Part shown: in pieces, positions 46,682 through 56,120 of the stretch
Position numbering within the stretch: position 1 is the stretch's first letter
Layout of the letters: each line of letters starts with the position of its first letter
Assembly (NCBI GenBank): GCA_964498065.1
Contig: CAZCFZ010000016.1
Span: 8,794 to 72,793 of the forward strand
From: an uncultured Ignavibacteriaceae bacterium
GTDB lineage: Bacteria > Bacteroidota > Ignavibacteria > Ignavibacteriales > Ignavibacteriaceae
DNA length: 64,000 bases
Reading direction: 5' to 3'
Made by a program: the position numbers and the translations under genes
The notes under the pieces: generated by a model
Databases searched by the model: none
Seen by the model: only the letters and a program-made list of their open reading frames with translations
Told to the model about the DNA's origin: nothing

Positions 46682-48682
46682 ATGGATCTAAAAAATATCG
46701 TTTTCACATTAGTTTTTGTCTTTGCAATTAGTCTATTTCTTTGGAGCAGCAGGAAACTTATAAAAGATATGCTTGTTGCTAAAAAGAAAGATGACAGATT
46801 CGATCATGTAGGCCAAAGAATGAAAAGAGTACTTAAAATTGCTTTTGGACAGACGAAATTACTGCGCGATCTCAAAGCCGGCAGTTTACATTTTATAATT
46901 TTTTGGGGATTTATTTTATTCCTTTTTGCTGTTGTTGAAGCTTTAATACAAGGTTTTTATTCTCCCTTCACATTTGAATTTCTAGGTCCTATTTATTCAA
47001 TCATAACGATTATTGAAGATGTATTCGGTTTGCTTATAATATTAGCTGTTTTATATGCACTGTATAGGCGATATATAATCCATATTCCCAGGCTGGAAGT
47101 AGAGAAAGCTCATAAAATAGATGCTACGGTAATTTTAATAATGATAATGATGGTTTGCATTGCTATGTTTGGCGAGAATATCTCTTTAATTGCAGCACAT
47201 GGCTTCAAACTAGCTCCTTATGAGGTTCGTCCGATATCCGCTGTTTTAAGTCCTATATTTTTTAAGGGAAATACTTCCAATTCATTCGCCTTTTTTGAAT
47301 TTTTCTGGTGGGCGCATATTGTTGTTGTGTTAAGCTTTTTAAATTATCTTCCTTATTCTAAGCATTTGCATGTACTAACATCTATACCAAATACATATTT
47401 CGCTAATTTGGATCCGGTTAGGAACACGCTTAAACCTTTAAATCTGGAAGATGAAAGTGTTGAAGTATTTGGTGCTGCCGATATTGATCAATTATCATGG
47501 AAACAAATACTTGACGGATATACATGTACGGAATGCGGTAGATGTACTGCTGCATGCCCTGCAGCTACAGTAGGGAAATCATTGTCTCCTAGAAAAATAA
47601 TGGTAGATATAAGACAAAGGACTAAAGATAAGGCGCCTCTTTTGGCAAATGGAATAACTGAAGGAGATGTTTTTGAGAAAACTCTGGTGCACGATTATAT
47701 TAGCGATCCGGAATTGTGGCAATGCACAACTTGTATGGCTTGCGTTCAAGAGTGTCCTGTTATGATTGAACATATTGATTCTATTGTTGATTTGCGAAGG
47801 AATCTTGTATTAACGGAATCCCGCTTCCCGTCGAATCTTAATAGTGTATTTAAAAGTTTGGAAACTAATTTTACACCATGGGCTTTCAATCAAGCTGATC
47901 GTGCTGAGTGGGCTGAGGGCATGAATATTAAAACCATGGCGGAAGATTCAAATTGCGATATCCTGTTTTGGGTCGGTTGTGCAGGTTCTTATGATAATCG
48001 TTATAAAAAAGTTACAAAAGCATTTGCATCTATTATGCAAAAAGCTAATATTAATTTTAGAATTTTAGGAATTGAAGAAAAATGTAATGGAGATACTGCT
48101 AGAAGATTAGGTAATGAATATCTTGCTCAAATGCTGATAACGGAAAATATTGAGACCTTAAATAAATACGGCGTAAAAAAAATTGTAACAGCGTGTCCTC
48201 ATTGTTTTCATTCCTTGGGAAATGAGTACAAATTATTCGGCGGAAATTTTGAAGTTTTACATCATACACAATTAATTCATCAACTGCTTAATGAGGGAAA
48301 AATAGAATTAAAAGATTCTTCGATTAGCGAAAAAGTAACCTATCACGATTCATGTTATTTGGGTCGTTATAATCACGTTTTTGATTCTCCGAGAGAATCT
48401 CTTAAAAAAATCAATGGATTAAAATTCATTGAAATGCAAAGAAACCTGACAAGGGGATTTTGCTGCGGAGCAGGAGGCGGGAGAATGTTTTTGGAAGATG
48501 AGGAAGGAGGAAGAATTAATCTTGAGAGAACTAAAGAGGCTTTGGAAACGAATGCAAACACAGTCGCGTCGGCTTGCCCGTTTTGCATGACTATGTTAAC
48601 TGACGGTGTAAAGCATTTTGAAAAATCGGAAGTAGTGGAAGTAAAAGATATAGCAGAGATCATTCTCGAGAATTCTAAATAA
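46682..48682 (+). CDS. Membrane-anchored (Fe-S)-binding oxidoreductase, HdrD/GlpC/DsrK-like, with two CCG domains
   Basis: The N-terminus has about 5-6 transmembrane helices. CTECGRCTAACP and CTTCMACVQECP are ferredoxin motifs. CPHCFHSL and GFCCGAGGG are CCG motifs. Confidence 0.75.
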   Translation: MDLKNIVFTLVFVFAISLFLWSSRKLIKDMLVAKKKDDRFDHVGQRMKRVLKIAFGQTKLLRDLKAGSLHFIIFWGFILFLFAVVEALIQGFYSPFTFEFLGPIYSIITIIEDVFGLLIILAVLYALYRRYIIHIPRLEVEKAHKIDATVILIMIMMVCIAMFGENISLIAAHGFKLAPYEVRPISAVLSPIFFKGNTSNSFAFFEFFWWAHIVVVLSFLNYLPYSKHLHVLTSIPNTYFANLDPVRNTLKPLNLEDESVEVFGAADIDQLSWKQILDGYTCTECGRCTAACPAATVGKSLSPRKIMVDIRQRTKDKAPLLANGITEGDVFEKTLVHDYISDPELWQCTTCMACVQECPVMIEHIDSIVDLRRNLVLTESRFPSNLNSVFKSLETNFTPWAFNQADRAEWAEGMNIKTMAEDSNCDILFWVGCAGSYDNRYKKVTKAFASIMQKANINFRILGIEEKCNGDTARRLGNEYLAQMLITENIETLNKYGVKKIVTACPHCFHSLGNEYKLFGGNFEVLHHTQLIHQLLNEGKIELKDSSISEKVTYHDSCYLGRYNHVFDSPRESLKKINGLKFIEMQRNLTRGFCCGAGGGRMFLEDEEGGRINLERTKEALETNANTVASACPFCMTMLTDGVKHFEKSEVVEVKDIAEIILENSK

Positions 48683-48716
48683 CTAAATTTATTAACTTAT
48701 TTTTTAGGAGGTTTAA

Positions 48717-48914
48717 ATGGATAAATTTGAGAGCTTACTACAATCAGTAAAAAATTTGGAAGCTGATTTTGAGAAGTTCTATATTAAAGGACAAGCAGCG
48801 GCCGGAACCCGTTTACGTAAGGGTTTGAGCGATTTAAGAAAACAATCGCAAGAAGTCAGAAAAGACGTTCAGGAAGTTAAAGCTCAAAGAAAAGCTAATA
48901 AGGCAACACAATAA
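48717..48914 (+). CDS. Histone H1-like nucleoprotein (Hc1 family)
   Basis: AGGAGG RBS; 65 aa, basic; GQAAAGTRLRKGLSDLRK resembles the Hc1 core GNKAAAQRVR. Confidence 0.65.
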   Translation: MDKFESLLQSVKNLEADFEKFYIKGQAAAGTRLRKGLSDLRKQSQEVRKDVQEVKAQRKANKATQ

Positions 48915-48936
48915 TTACATTTCACTTTTCATTTAG

Positions 48937-48973
48937 GGCTGGGTTATTTATAATAGCTCAGCCTTATTTTTTT
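48937..48973 (+). terminator. Rho-independent terminator
   Basis: GGCTGGGTTATT-TAT-AATAGCTCAGCC (12-bp stem with two G-U pairs) followed by TTATTTTTTT. Confidence 0.75.
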
Positions 48974-48977
48974 ATTT

Positions 48978-50168
48978 ATGAACAAATTACTAATCCTTAT
49001 TCCGATTCTCTTGAGTCCGTATTTTTTCCAGCTAGGTGGTGATAATTATTGTAAAAAAGAAGATATCTCCAGGAAAGACTCAATTGCCACTATTACTATT
49101 TCCGTAGTCGGCGATTTAATGTGCCATTCGGTAGAATTTAAATATGCCAGAACAGCTTCTGACAGTTTTAATTTCAACCCGTTTTTTAAATATATAAAAC
49201 CATACTTACAAAAATCGGATTTTTTATTCGGTAACTTGGAAACGGTTCTTGCCGGTAAAGAGAAGGGGTATACGGGATATCCTGATTTTAATTCTCCAAG
49301 TCAATTTCTTGCTCCCATTAAAAATGTAGGTTTCAATTTAATCACTACAGCAAATAATCATGCGCTGGATAAAGGCAGCAAGGGACTGTTGCGAACTATA
49401 GAAGAGCTAAAAAAATATGATTTAAATTATGAAGGAACTTTTTCTTCAAAGGAGGATAGGGATTCTATTAGAATTTACAATATAAAAGGAATAAAAACAT
49501 CTTTTCTCGCATATACTTACGGTACTAATGGTCATCCGATTCCTAAGGGCGAAAAATATTTAATCAATATTATCGATACTACTCAGATTAAAAACGATAT
49601 ATTGAAGGCTAGGAAGGATGGTGCAGAGATTGTTATAGTATATTTTCATTTCGGACAAGAATATGATCGTGCTCCAAGCAAATATCAAAAAGAAGTTGTA
49701 GAGAGAACCATTCAATATGGAGCAGATATAATTATCGGTGGTCATCCACATGTAATACAGCCGGTTAATTTTTTCAAAACAATAAACGGTAAATTAGACA
49801 CAGGATTTGTTGCTTATTCAATGGGAAATTTTTTATCCAACCAGAGATGGCGCTATTCGGACGCAGGTGTTGTTTTAACTATCCATCTAACTAAAAATTT
49901 TAGTACAGATTCTATTTATATTTCCAGAGTTTCATATTTACCGACATGGGTATTTAAAGGAAAAACTAAACTTGGAAATGAATATTTGATATTACCTGCA
50001 CAATTAATTCCCGCAGATACTTCTTTAACTTTTCTAGATAGTTCTGATAAATTCAAAATGGAGCAAGCATTTAGCGACACAAGGAATATTTTATCAAAAT
50101 ATACTCAACACATTTTTTTACAAACACTTAACAATAGCATCTTATCTCATAAAATACTGCAAAAATAA
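48978..50168 (+). CDS. CapA/PgsA family metallophosphatase-fold protein
   Basis: VVGDLMCH, GNLE, TANNHALD, YFHFGQEY and GGHPHV motifs. Confidence 0.75.
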   Translation: MNKLLILIPILLSPYFFQLGGDNYCKKEDISRKDSIATITISVVGDLMCHSVEFKYARTASDSFNFNPFFKYIKPYLQKSDFLFGNLETVLAGKEKGYTGYPDFNSPSQFLAPIKNVGFNLITTANNHALDKGSKGLLRTIEELKKYDLNYEGTFSSKEDRDSIRIYNIKGIKTSFLAYTYGTNGHPIPKGEKYLINIIDTTQIKNDILKARKDGAEIVIVYFHFGQEYDRAPSKYQKEVVERTIQYGADIIIGGHPHVIQPVNFFKTINGKLDTGFVAYSMGNFLSNQRWRYSDAGVVLTIHLTKNFSTDSIYISRVSYLPTWVFKGKTKLGNEYLILPAQLIPADTSLTFLDSSDKFKMEQAFSDTRNILSKYTQHIFLQTLNNSILSHKILQK

Positions 50169-50246
50169 AAATATATATAACCTATCGTAAACTTTTAATT
50201 TTTATATTATTATTTTTAGAATATCATTTTGGTGAATTATTAATAT

Positions 50247-51233
50247 ATGCTGAAAGTTGGAAATTTAAATATTGATAAAGCTGTTCTTTTGGCGCCGATG
50301 GAAGATGTTACGGATATTTCTTTCCGATTGGTTTGTAAAGAACTTGGAGCAGATATAGTTTACACAGAATTTGTTAATTCCGAGGGATTGGTACGTTCAT
50401 CCGAAAAAACTCATAAAAAGCTGGAAATTTGTGAAGAGGAAAGACCTGTCGGTATTCAAATATACGGCGGGGCAATTGAATCAATGATTGGTGCGGCAAA
50501 AATTGCCGAAAAAGAAAATCCTGATCTTATTGATATAAATGCAGGATGCTGGGTTAAAAATGTTGTTGGAAATGGTGCAGGTGCCGGTTTATTGAAAGAC
50601 CCTCCTTATATGCAGGAACTTGTAAAAGGTGTTGTAGATACTGTTAATCTGCCTGTAACTGTTAAAACACGCCTGGGCTGGGATAATAATAATATAAAAA
50701 TTTTAGAAGTTGCCAGGAGAATGCAAGATGTAGGCGTAAAAGCTTTAACAATTCATTGCCGAACCAGAGCAATGGGACATAAGGGCGATGCTGATTGGAG
50801 CTGGGTTCCCAGAATTAAGGAAGTTGTAAATATTCCGGTTATTCTTAATGGAAATGTATTAACTGCTGAGGATGTAAAAAAGGCATTTGATGAAACCGGT
50901 GCAGATGGTGTTATGATAGCGCGCGGAGCAATTGGAAATCCTTGGATTTTTACTGAAGCGAAAGAATTACTAAATAATGGAATCATCTCAACAGTTATTG
51001 ATGAAGAAGTAAGAATAAGAACTTGTCTAAGACATTTGCATTTAGCTATTAAAATAAAAGGGGAAAGAAGAGCTGTACTTGAACATCGTAAATTTTACTC
51101 GGGCTATCTCAAGGGATTACATAATGTTTCCCGCATAAGAAATTTATTGATGCAGGTTTATGACTTTAAATCTGTGGAAGACATATTGCTTAAATATTTG
51201 GATGAATTGGAACACTTTAAAGTAACAGCATAA
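50247..51233 (+). CDS. tRNA-dihydrouridine synthase
   Basis: LAPMEDVTD, DINAGC and TIHCRTR motifs. Confidence 0.85.
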   Translation: MLKVGNLNIDKAVLLAPMEDVTDISFRLVCKELGADIVYTEFVNSEGLVRSSEKTHKKLEICEEERPVGIQIYGGAIESMIGAAKIAEKENPDLIDINAGCWVKNVVGNGAGAGLLKDPPYMQELVKGVVDTVNLPVTVKTRLGWDNNNIKILEVARRMQDVGVKALTIHCRTRAMGHKGDADWSWVPRIKEVVNIPVILNGNVLTAEDVKKAFDETGADGVMIARGAIGNPWIFTEAKELLNNGIISTVIDEEVRIRTCLRHLHLAIKIKGERRAVLEHRKFYSGYLKGLHNVSRIRNLLMQVYDFKSVEDILLKYLDELEHFKVTA

Positions 51234-51275
51234 TCTAAAACTTTACTAATAACATTTATGAAATAGAATTCTAAA

Positions 51276-51884
51276 TTGGGAAAAAACCTTTCTGATAAAG
51301 TTGCTAGAATTATTTCTACTTTATTTGTACCTCCGACATTTACAATAATAATTTTTACATTTTTTGCTTTTAATCTCGAAAATGTTTTAAGTAAAAAAAT
51401 TATCACTATCCTTGTTGCATTGATATTCGGATTTTCATTACAAATTATTTTATTTCTCACTTTCAGAAAAAAAGGTAAACTAGTTAATCTTGATGCTACT
51501 ATTAAAGAGGAAAGAACTGTTCCATTTTTAATATCGGTTGTTTTTTATGTTATTGGAATTTTAATTTTAATTGCTGCAAAGATTAATATTCTTTCAATAG
51601 CATTCTGGTTTTGCTATATTTCAAATACAATAATTGTAATTCTTATAAATAAATACTGGAAAATTAGTGTACATTCTACAGGTGCTTCCGGGGCGCTTGC
51701 AGCTTTGATATTTGTTACTGGCCCGATCGGATTGTTACTCGGTCTTCTTGTCTTCTTAGTTGGATGGTCGAGAATAAAGCTTAAATGTCATAATTTTTTA
51801 CAAGTTGCAGCGGGAACAATCTTCGGATTTTTTTCAACATATCTGCAAATATTACTTATTTTAAAATGGTTTAGTAAAACTTGA
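51276..51884 (+). CDS. PAP2-like integral membrane protein (putative)
   Basis: TTG start, about 6 transmembrane helices, and degenerate PAP2 motifs SVHSTG and SRIKLKCHNFLQV. Confidence 0.45.
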   Translation: MGKNLSDKVARIISTLFVPPTFTIIIFTFFAFNLENVLSKKIITILVALIFGFSLQIILFLTFRKKGKLVNLDATIKEERTVPFLISVVFYVIGILILIAAKINILSIAFWFCYISNTIIVILINKYWKISVHSTGASGALAALIFVTGPIGLLLGLLVFLVGWSRIKLKCHNFLQVAAGTIFGFFSTYLQILLILKWFSKT

Positions 51885-51926
51885 GTAATTAATAATTTGA
51901 ATAAAATAATTTTCTAAATAATAATT

Positions 51927-52679
51927 ATGGAAATGGTAAATTTTTTTGAAGAAAACAATGTGGGTATATTAACTTTAAATAGACCGGAAAAGCGAAATGC
52001 TCTTCATCCTAAAATGGTTAATGAAATAATAAATCAACTTGATATTATAGAGAAAGACGATAATATAAAATTTCTTATAATTACAGGTGAGGGCAAAAGC
52101 TTTTGTGCAGGAGCTGATTTAGCTTATTTAAATGATTTAAGAAATTATTCTTCAACTGAAAACGAAAAAGATTCGGAAGATCTAGCTGAATTATTTATGC
52201 GTATTTATAAATTTACTAAACCAACTATAGCGGCAGTAAATGGTGCTGCTATTGCAGGCGGATGCGGACTAGCGAGTGTTTGCGATCTTATAATAGCAGA
52301 TAATGTTAATTCCAAATTCGGTTATTCCGAAGTAAAAATTGGATTCATTCCGGCAATTGTATCCATCTTTTTAATAAAAAAAGTAGGCGAAGGATTTGCA
52401 AAAAGACTGCTTTTGACCGGCGAAATTATTGATGCTAAAAAAGCTTTTGATCTCGGGCTGGCAGATTATTTAGCAGACGACGCTTTAGCTGAAGCAAAAA
52501 ATCTAGCTGAAAAAATGATAAATAATTCTAGTTTTAGTATGCAGACAACAAAAAAAATGATACAGTCTATTTCAAATTTGGATGTGCAACAAGCGGTCAA
52601 TTATTGTATTAAATTAAATACAATTAGCCGTTCTACCGACGACTTTAAAAATGGACTTAATAATTTCCTAAAAAAATAA
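51927..52679 (+). CDS. Enoyl-CoA hydratase/isomerase (crotonase) family protein
   Basis: LNRPEKRNAL, FCAGADL and AAVNGAAIAGGCGLA motifs. Confidence 0.8.
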   Translation: MEMVNFFEENNVGILTLNRPEKRNALHPKMVNEIINQLDIIEKDDNIKFLIITGEGKSFCAGADLAYLNDLRNYSSTENEKDSEDLAELFMRIYKFTKPTIAAVNGAAIAGGCGLASVCDLIIADNVNSKFGYSEVKIGFIPAIVSIFLIKKVGEGFAKRLLLTGEIIDAKKAFDLGLADYLADDALAEAKNLAEKMINNSSFSMQTTKKMIQSISNLDVQQAVNYCIKLNTISRSTDDFKNGLNNFLKK

Positions 52680-52689
52680 CGAGGATAAT

Positions 52690-53220
52690 ATGCCGACAGA
52701 CTTAAAAAAATATATTCGTGGCGTAAAAGATTTTCCTAAAAAAGGAATAATGTTCAGAGATATTACAACATTACTTAAAGATCCCGAAGCATCAAGAGAG
52801 ACATTGGATTTATTATTTAATTTTGCAAAAGATTTAAAAATCAATAAAGTTGTAGGAATAGAAGCAAGAGGTTTCATATTCGGTGCTTTATTAGCAGAAA
52901 AATTAAATGCCGGGTTTGTTCCGATTAGAAAGCCCGGTAAATTACCGGCAGAAACCGAATCTGCAACTTATGCATTGGAATATGGAACCGATACGATCGA
53001 GATTCATAAAGATGCTGTGCAATATGGTGAAAAAGTTCTTCTTCACGATGATCTTTTAGCAACAGGGGGAACTGCCAGGGCTGCTGCCGGTCTTATTGAA
53101 AAACTAGGCGGGGAAGTAGTCCAAATATCTTTCATTATTGAATTAACAATATTGAAAGGAAGAGAAAAGCTAAAGAACTATAATGTTAAGTCTTTAATTG
53201 AATACGAAACAGAAGAATAA
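52690..53220 (+). CDS. apt: Adenine phosphoribosyltransferase
   Basis: DFPKKGIMFRDIT and the VLLHDDLLATGGT PRPP-binding motif. Confidence 0.9.
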   Translation: MPTDLKKYIRGVKDFPKKGIMFRDITTLLKDPEASRETLDLLFNFAKDLKINKVVGIEARGFIFGALLAEKLNAGFVPIRKPGKLPAETESATYALEYGTDTIEIHKDAVQYGEKVLLHDDLLATGGTARAAAGLIEKLGGEVVQISFIIELTILKGREKLKNYNVKSLIEYETEE

Positions 53221-53257
53221 TATAAACATTTAAAAATTATTTAGTGTAAATATAAAT

Positions 53258-53941
53258 TTATCTTTCTTCCCAATTTTTTGGAGCTAATAAAACGACAAAT
53301 TCTCCTTTTGTTATTTTATTTTTTACGTCATTCTTTAAATTAGCTGAAGTTCCGCGCCAAGTCTCTTCAAATTTTTTGGTAAGTTCGCGGCAAACAACAA
53401 CAAATCTTTCAGGCATTATTTCGGAAAGTTCGTTTAATAACTTTTCAATTCTATAAGTAGATTCGTAAAGAATTATTGTCCTTTCTTCTTCGGCTAATTT
53501 ATGAAGCTTTTTTTGCCGTCCCTTTTTTAAAGGTAGAAAACCTTCAAATAAAAAACTATCGGTCGGTAATCCGCTTATTGAAAGTGCGGTAATTGCTGCA
53601 GTTACCCCGGGAATAGGTTCAATACTAATATTCTCTTTAATAGCGGCGGAAACTAATCTTGTACCGGGATCGGAGATACCCGGAGTACCGGCATCTGAAA
53701 CCAAAGCGCACGATTCACCTTTAATAATTCTATTCAGGACAAAATTAATTTTTGAAACCTCATTAACAGCATTTAAAGAAACCATTTCTTTTTTAATATC
53801 GTAATGGCTTAATATAATTGAAGTAACACGCGTATCTTCACAAACAACAAAATTTACTTCCTTTAACGTATCAATTGCTCTGAATGTAATATCTTTCAGA
53901 TTACCAATCGGTGTGCTTACTATATAAAGTTTATTTTCCAA
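53258..53941 (-). CDS. rsmI: 16S rRNA (cytidine1402-2'-O)-methyltransferase
   Basis: LYIVSTPIGNLKDIT, CEDTR and SDAGTPGISDPG motifs. Confidence 0.85.
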   Translation of the reverse strand: MENKLYIVSTPIGNLKDITFRAIDTLKEVNFVVCEDTRVTSIILSHYDIKKEMVSLNAVNEVSKINFVLNRIIKGESCALVSDAGTPGISDPGTRLVSAAIKENISIEPIPGVTAAITALSISGLPTDSFLFEGFLPLKKGRQKKLHKLAEEERTIILYESTYRIEKLLNELSEIMPERFVVVCRELTKKFEETWRGTSANLKNDVKNKITKGEFVVLLAPKNWEER

Positions 53942-53978
53942 TTTATTTTAAAATGATAACGGCTCCAACATGGAGCCG
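53942..53978 (-). terminator. Stem-loop between lat and rsmI (candidate lat terminator)
   Basis: The minus strand reads CGGCTCC-ATGTT-GGAGCCG followed by TTATCATTTTAAAATAAAT. It ends right at the rsmI start codon. Confidence 0.55.
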
Positions 53979-54004
53979 CATCATGCAAGTAGTTATAAAA
54001 TATT

Positions 54005-55375
54005 TTAATTATTAGACTTGATCAAAAATAATACTTTTTTTATTATTTTCAAGCTCTCATCAAGAGCATCCGTGGTAACATTTAGAGGAGGTCTGAATCT
54101 AATTGATTTTTCACCGCAACCGAGAATAAGAAGTTTTTCATTAAAGCATTTCTCACGAAATTCATTTCTTAATTTTGAATCGGGAAGATCGAATGAACAC
54201 ATTAAACCTAATCCCCGTGCATTATTGACTAAAGCCGGAAACTCTTTCTGAATTTCATAAAGATTATCAAGCAGATATTTGCCTTTCTCTTTAGCATTCT
54301 CTACTAGATTCTCTTCATCAATGATTTCCATTATATGCTTTGATCTGACCATATCGGTTAAATTCGCTCCCCAGGTAGAATTAATTCTGCTTGATTTATT
54401 AAAGCAATTTTCCGGTATATCATCAATCCTGTCATTTACCATAATTCCGCACACTTGAGCTTTTTTACCGAATGTAATAATATCCGGTTTAACATAGTAT
54501 TCGGATGCCCACATTTTACCGGTCAATCCGAATCCGGTTTGAACTTCATCAAACATAAGAAGAATTTCATTTTCGTCCGCAATTTGCCTCAGCTTCTCAA
54601 AAAATTCTTTTCTAAAAAAGTTGTCTCCTCCTTCTCCTTGAATTGGCTCTATAATTATCACCGCGATATCATCGGGATTATTCTTTATAGCTTCACTTAT
54701 CTCATTAACGGCCTGGTTTTCCAGCTTAATAATTTCCTGTAAATTTTCTTCAATAGGAAACTTAATTTTAGGATTTGTAATTCGCGGCCAATTAAATTTC
54801 GGATAGTATTTAATTTTATTCGGTTCCGTATTAGTTAAAGACATTGTATAACCGCTTCGACCGTGAAATGCCTGCTTGAAGTGAATTACCTGATGTCCTT
54901 TTTCCTCCTTAATACCTTTCATAAAATTTTTCTGAACCTTCCAATCGAAAGCTACCTTTAAACCGTTTTCTACGGCTAATGCTCCGCCTGATATAAAAAA
55001 TAAATGTTTCATATAATCAGGTTTTGCTAATTTTGCAAAAGTCTCAACAAATTCGGCCATTTGAACCGTATAAATATCGGAATTAGAAGGTTTGTTAATT
55101 GCTGTATTTATAAGCTCATTTTTTACTGTTTCCGTAATTAGTTTTGGATGGTTCATACCTAATGCTGAAGAAGCAAAGAATGTAAAAAAGTCCAGGTATT
55201 CAGTTCCTGTCTTTGCGTCGATTATTTTAACTCCTTTACTGTTTTCCAAATCTAAAACCAATTTAAATCCGTCGGCAAGCATATATTGTCCTATCACTTC
55301 ATGCACTCTTGAAGGTAAAACATGATTAGATTCGTAAGTAATGTCGTTACTATTATTAAAAATATTATTATTCAT
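54005..55375 (-). CDS. lat: L-lysine 6-transaminase (class III aminotransferase)
   Basis: N-terminal VHEVIGQYMLADGFKLVLDLENSKG is typical of LAT. Also EPIQGEGG, DEVQTGFG and a FGKK PLP-lysine region. Confidence 0.75.
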   Translation of the reverse strand: MNNNIFNNSNDITYESNHVLPSRVHEVIGQYMLADGFKLVLDLENSKGVKIIDAKTGTEYLDFFTFFASSALGMNHPKLITETVKNELINTAINKPSNSDIYTVQMAEFVETFAKLAKPDYMKHLFFISGGALAVENGLKVAFDWKVQKNFMKGIKEEKGHQVIHFKQAFHGRSGYTMSLTNTEPNKIKYYPKFNWPRITNPKIKFPIEENLQEIIKLENQAVNEISEAIKNNPDDIAVIIIEPIQGEGGDNFFRKEFFEKLRQIADENEILLMFDEVQTGFGLTGKMWASEYYVKPDIITFGKKAQVCGIMVNDRIDDIPENCFNKSSRINSTWGANLTDMVRSKHIMEIIDEENLVENAKEKGKYLLDNLYEIQKEFPALVNNARGLGLMCSFDLPDSKLRNEFREKCFNEKLLILGCGEKSIRFRPPLNVTTDALDESLKIIKKVLFLIKSNN

Positions 55376-55653
55376 AAAATTCTCCGGTTGTCTATAAGAA
55401 TAAAATAAAAATGACTGAAAAAATTATAAGAAAAGAAAGCGGGGCAGGAAATTTAAAATACGTTTTCGAAACGGGAGATAAAATAACTCCTTAAGTTTTT
55501 AAAACCTTTAACTTCACAAAAATTAATTGAATTAGACATATTAAAAAATCTTAAAAATTCTAAAGTAATTTATATATTTTCCTTAAAATTTACAATTGAT
55601 TTAATACTTTACTAAAGTCAGGATTTGCATTTATGATTGATTTTTGAATTTTT

Positions 55654-55678
55654 ATTTGTTACACTTACTATAACAAAT
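55654..55678. promoter_or_regulatory. Perfect 8-bp inverted repeat 10 nt upstream of the rrf2 start, a candidate operator
   Basis: ATTTGTTA-CACTTACTA-TAACAAAT. Confidence 0.35.
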
Positions 55679-55688
55679 AAAATAAATT

Positions 55689-56117
55689 ATGTCCGCATCA
55701 ACAAAACTATCAACAGCAGTAAAAGCGTTATGTTACTTGGCAAATTCTTTTCCGCAGCCCAGATCCAGTGCAGAAATATCTGAACATATAGGAATTAATG
55801 CTTCCAAGCTTAGAAAAATTTTATCGATGCTGGTTAAAAATGATATTGTTGAAAGCACATATGGACCTAACGGCGGATTTTTAATAAAAAAGAAACCGGA
55901 AGAAATTCACCTGCAGGAAATTTATTGCTCAATAGAAGACCGGAAAGCTTTTCATCTTAATGTATCTTCGCAAAATGAAGGGATCACGAATGAATCCGTA
56001 AAACTTAATGATTTTTTCTTAAATCTCTTTGCCGAGGTTCAACTTGATATTGAAAATAAAATGCGAACTATAAATATTCAATCGATTTTAAATAAAATTA
56101 ATTCAAAAAAAAATTGA
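55689..56117 (+). CDS. Rrf2 family transcriptional regulator lacking the C-terminal Cys cluster
   Basis: A winged helix-turn-helix at the N-terminus (SSAEISEHIGINASKLRKILSMLVKNDIVEST.GPNGGF). There is no CxxCxxxxxC motif. Confidence 0.75.
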   Translation: MSASTKLSTAVKALCYLANSFPQPRSSAEISEHIGINASKLRKILSMLVKNDIVESTYGPNGGFLIKKKPEEIHLQEIYCSIEDRKAFHLNVSSQNEGITNESVKLNDFFLNLFAEVQLDIENKMRTINIQSILNKINSKKN

Positions 56118-56120
56118 GGA

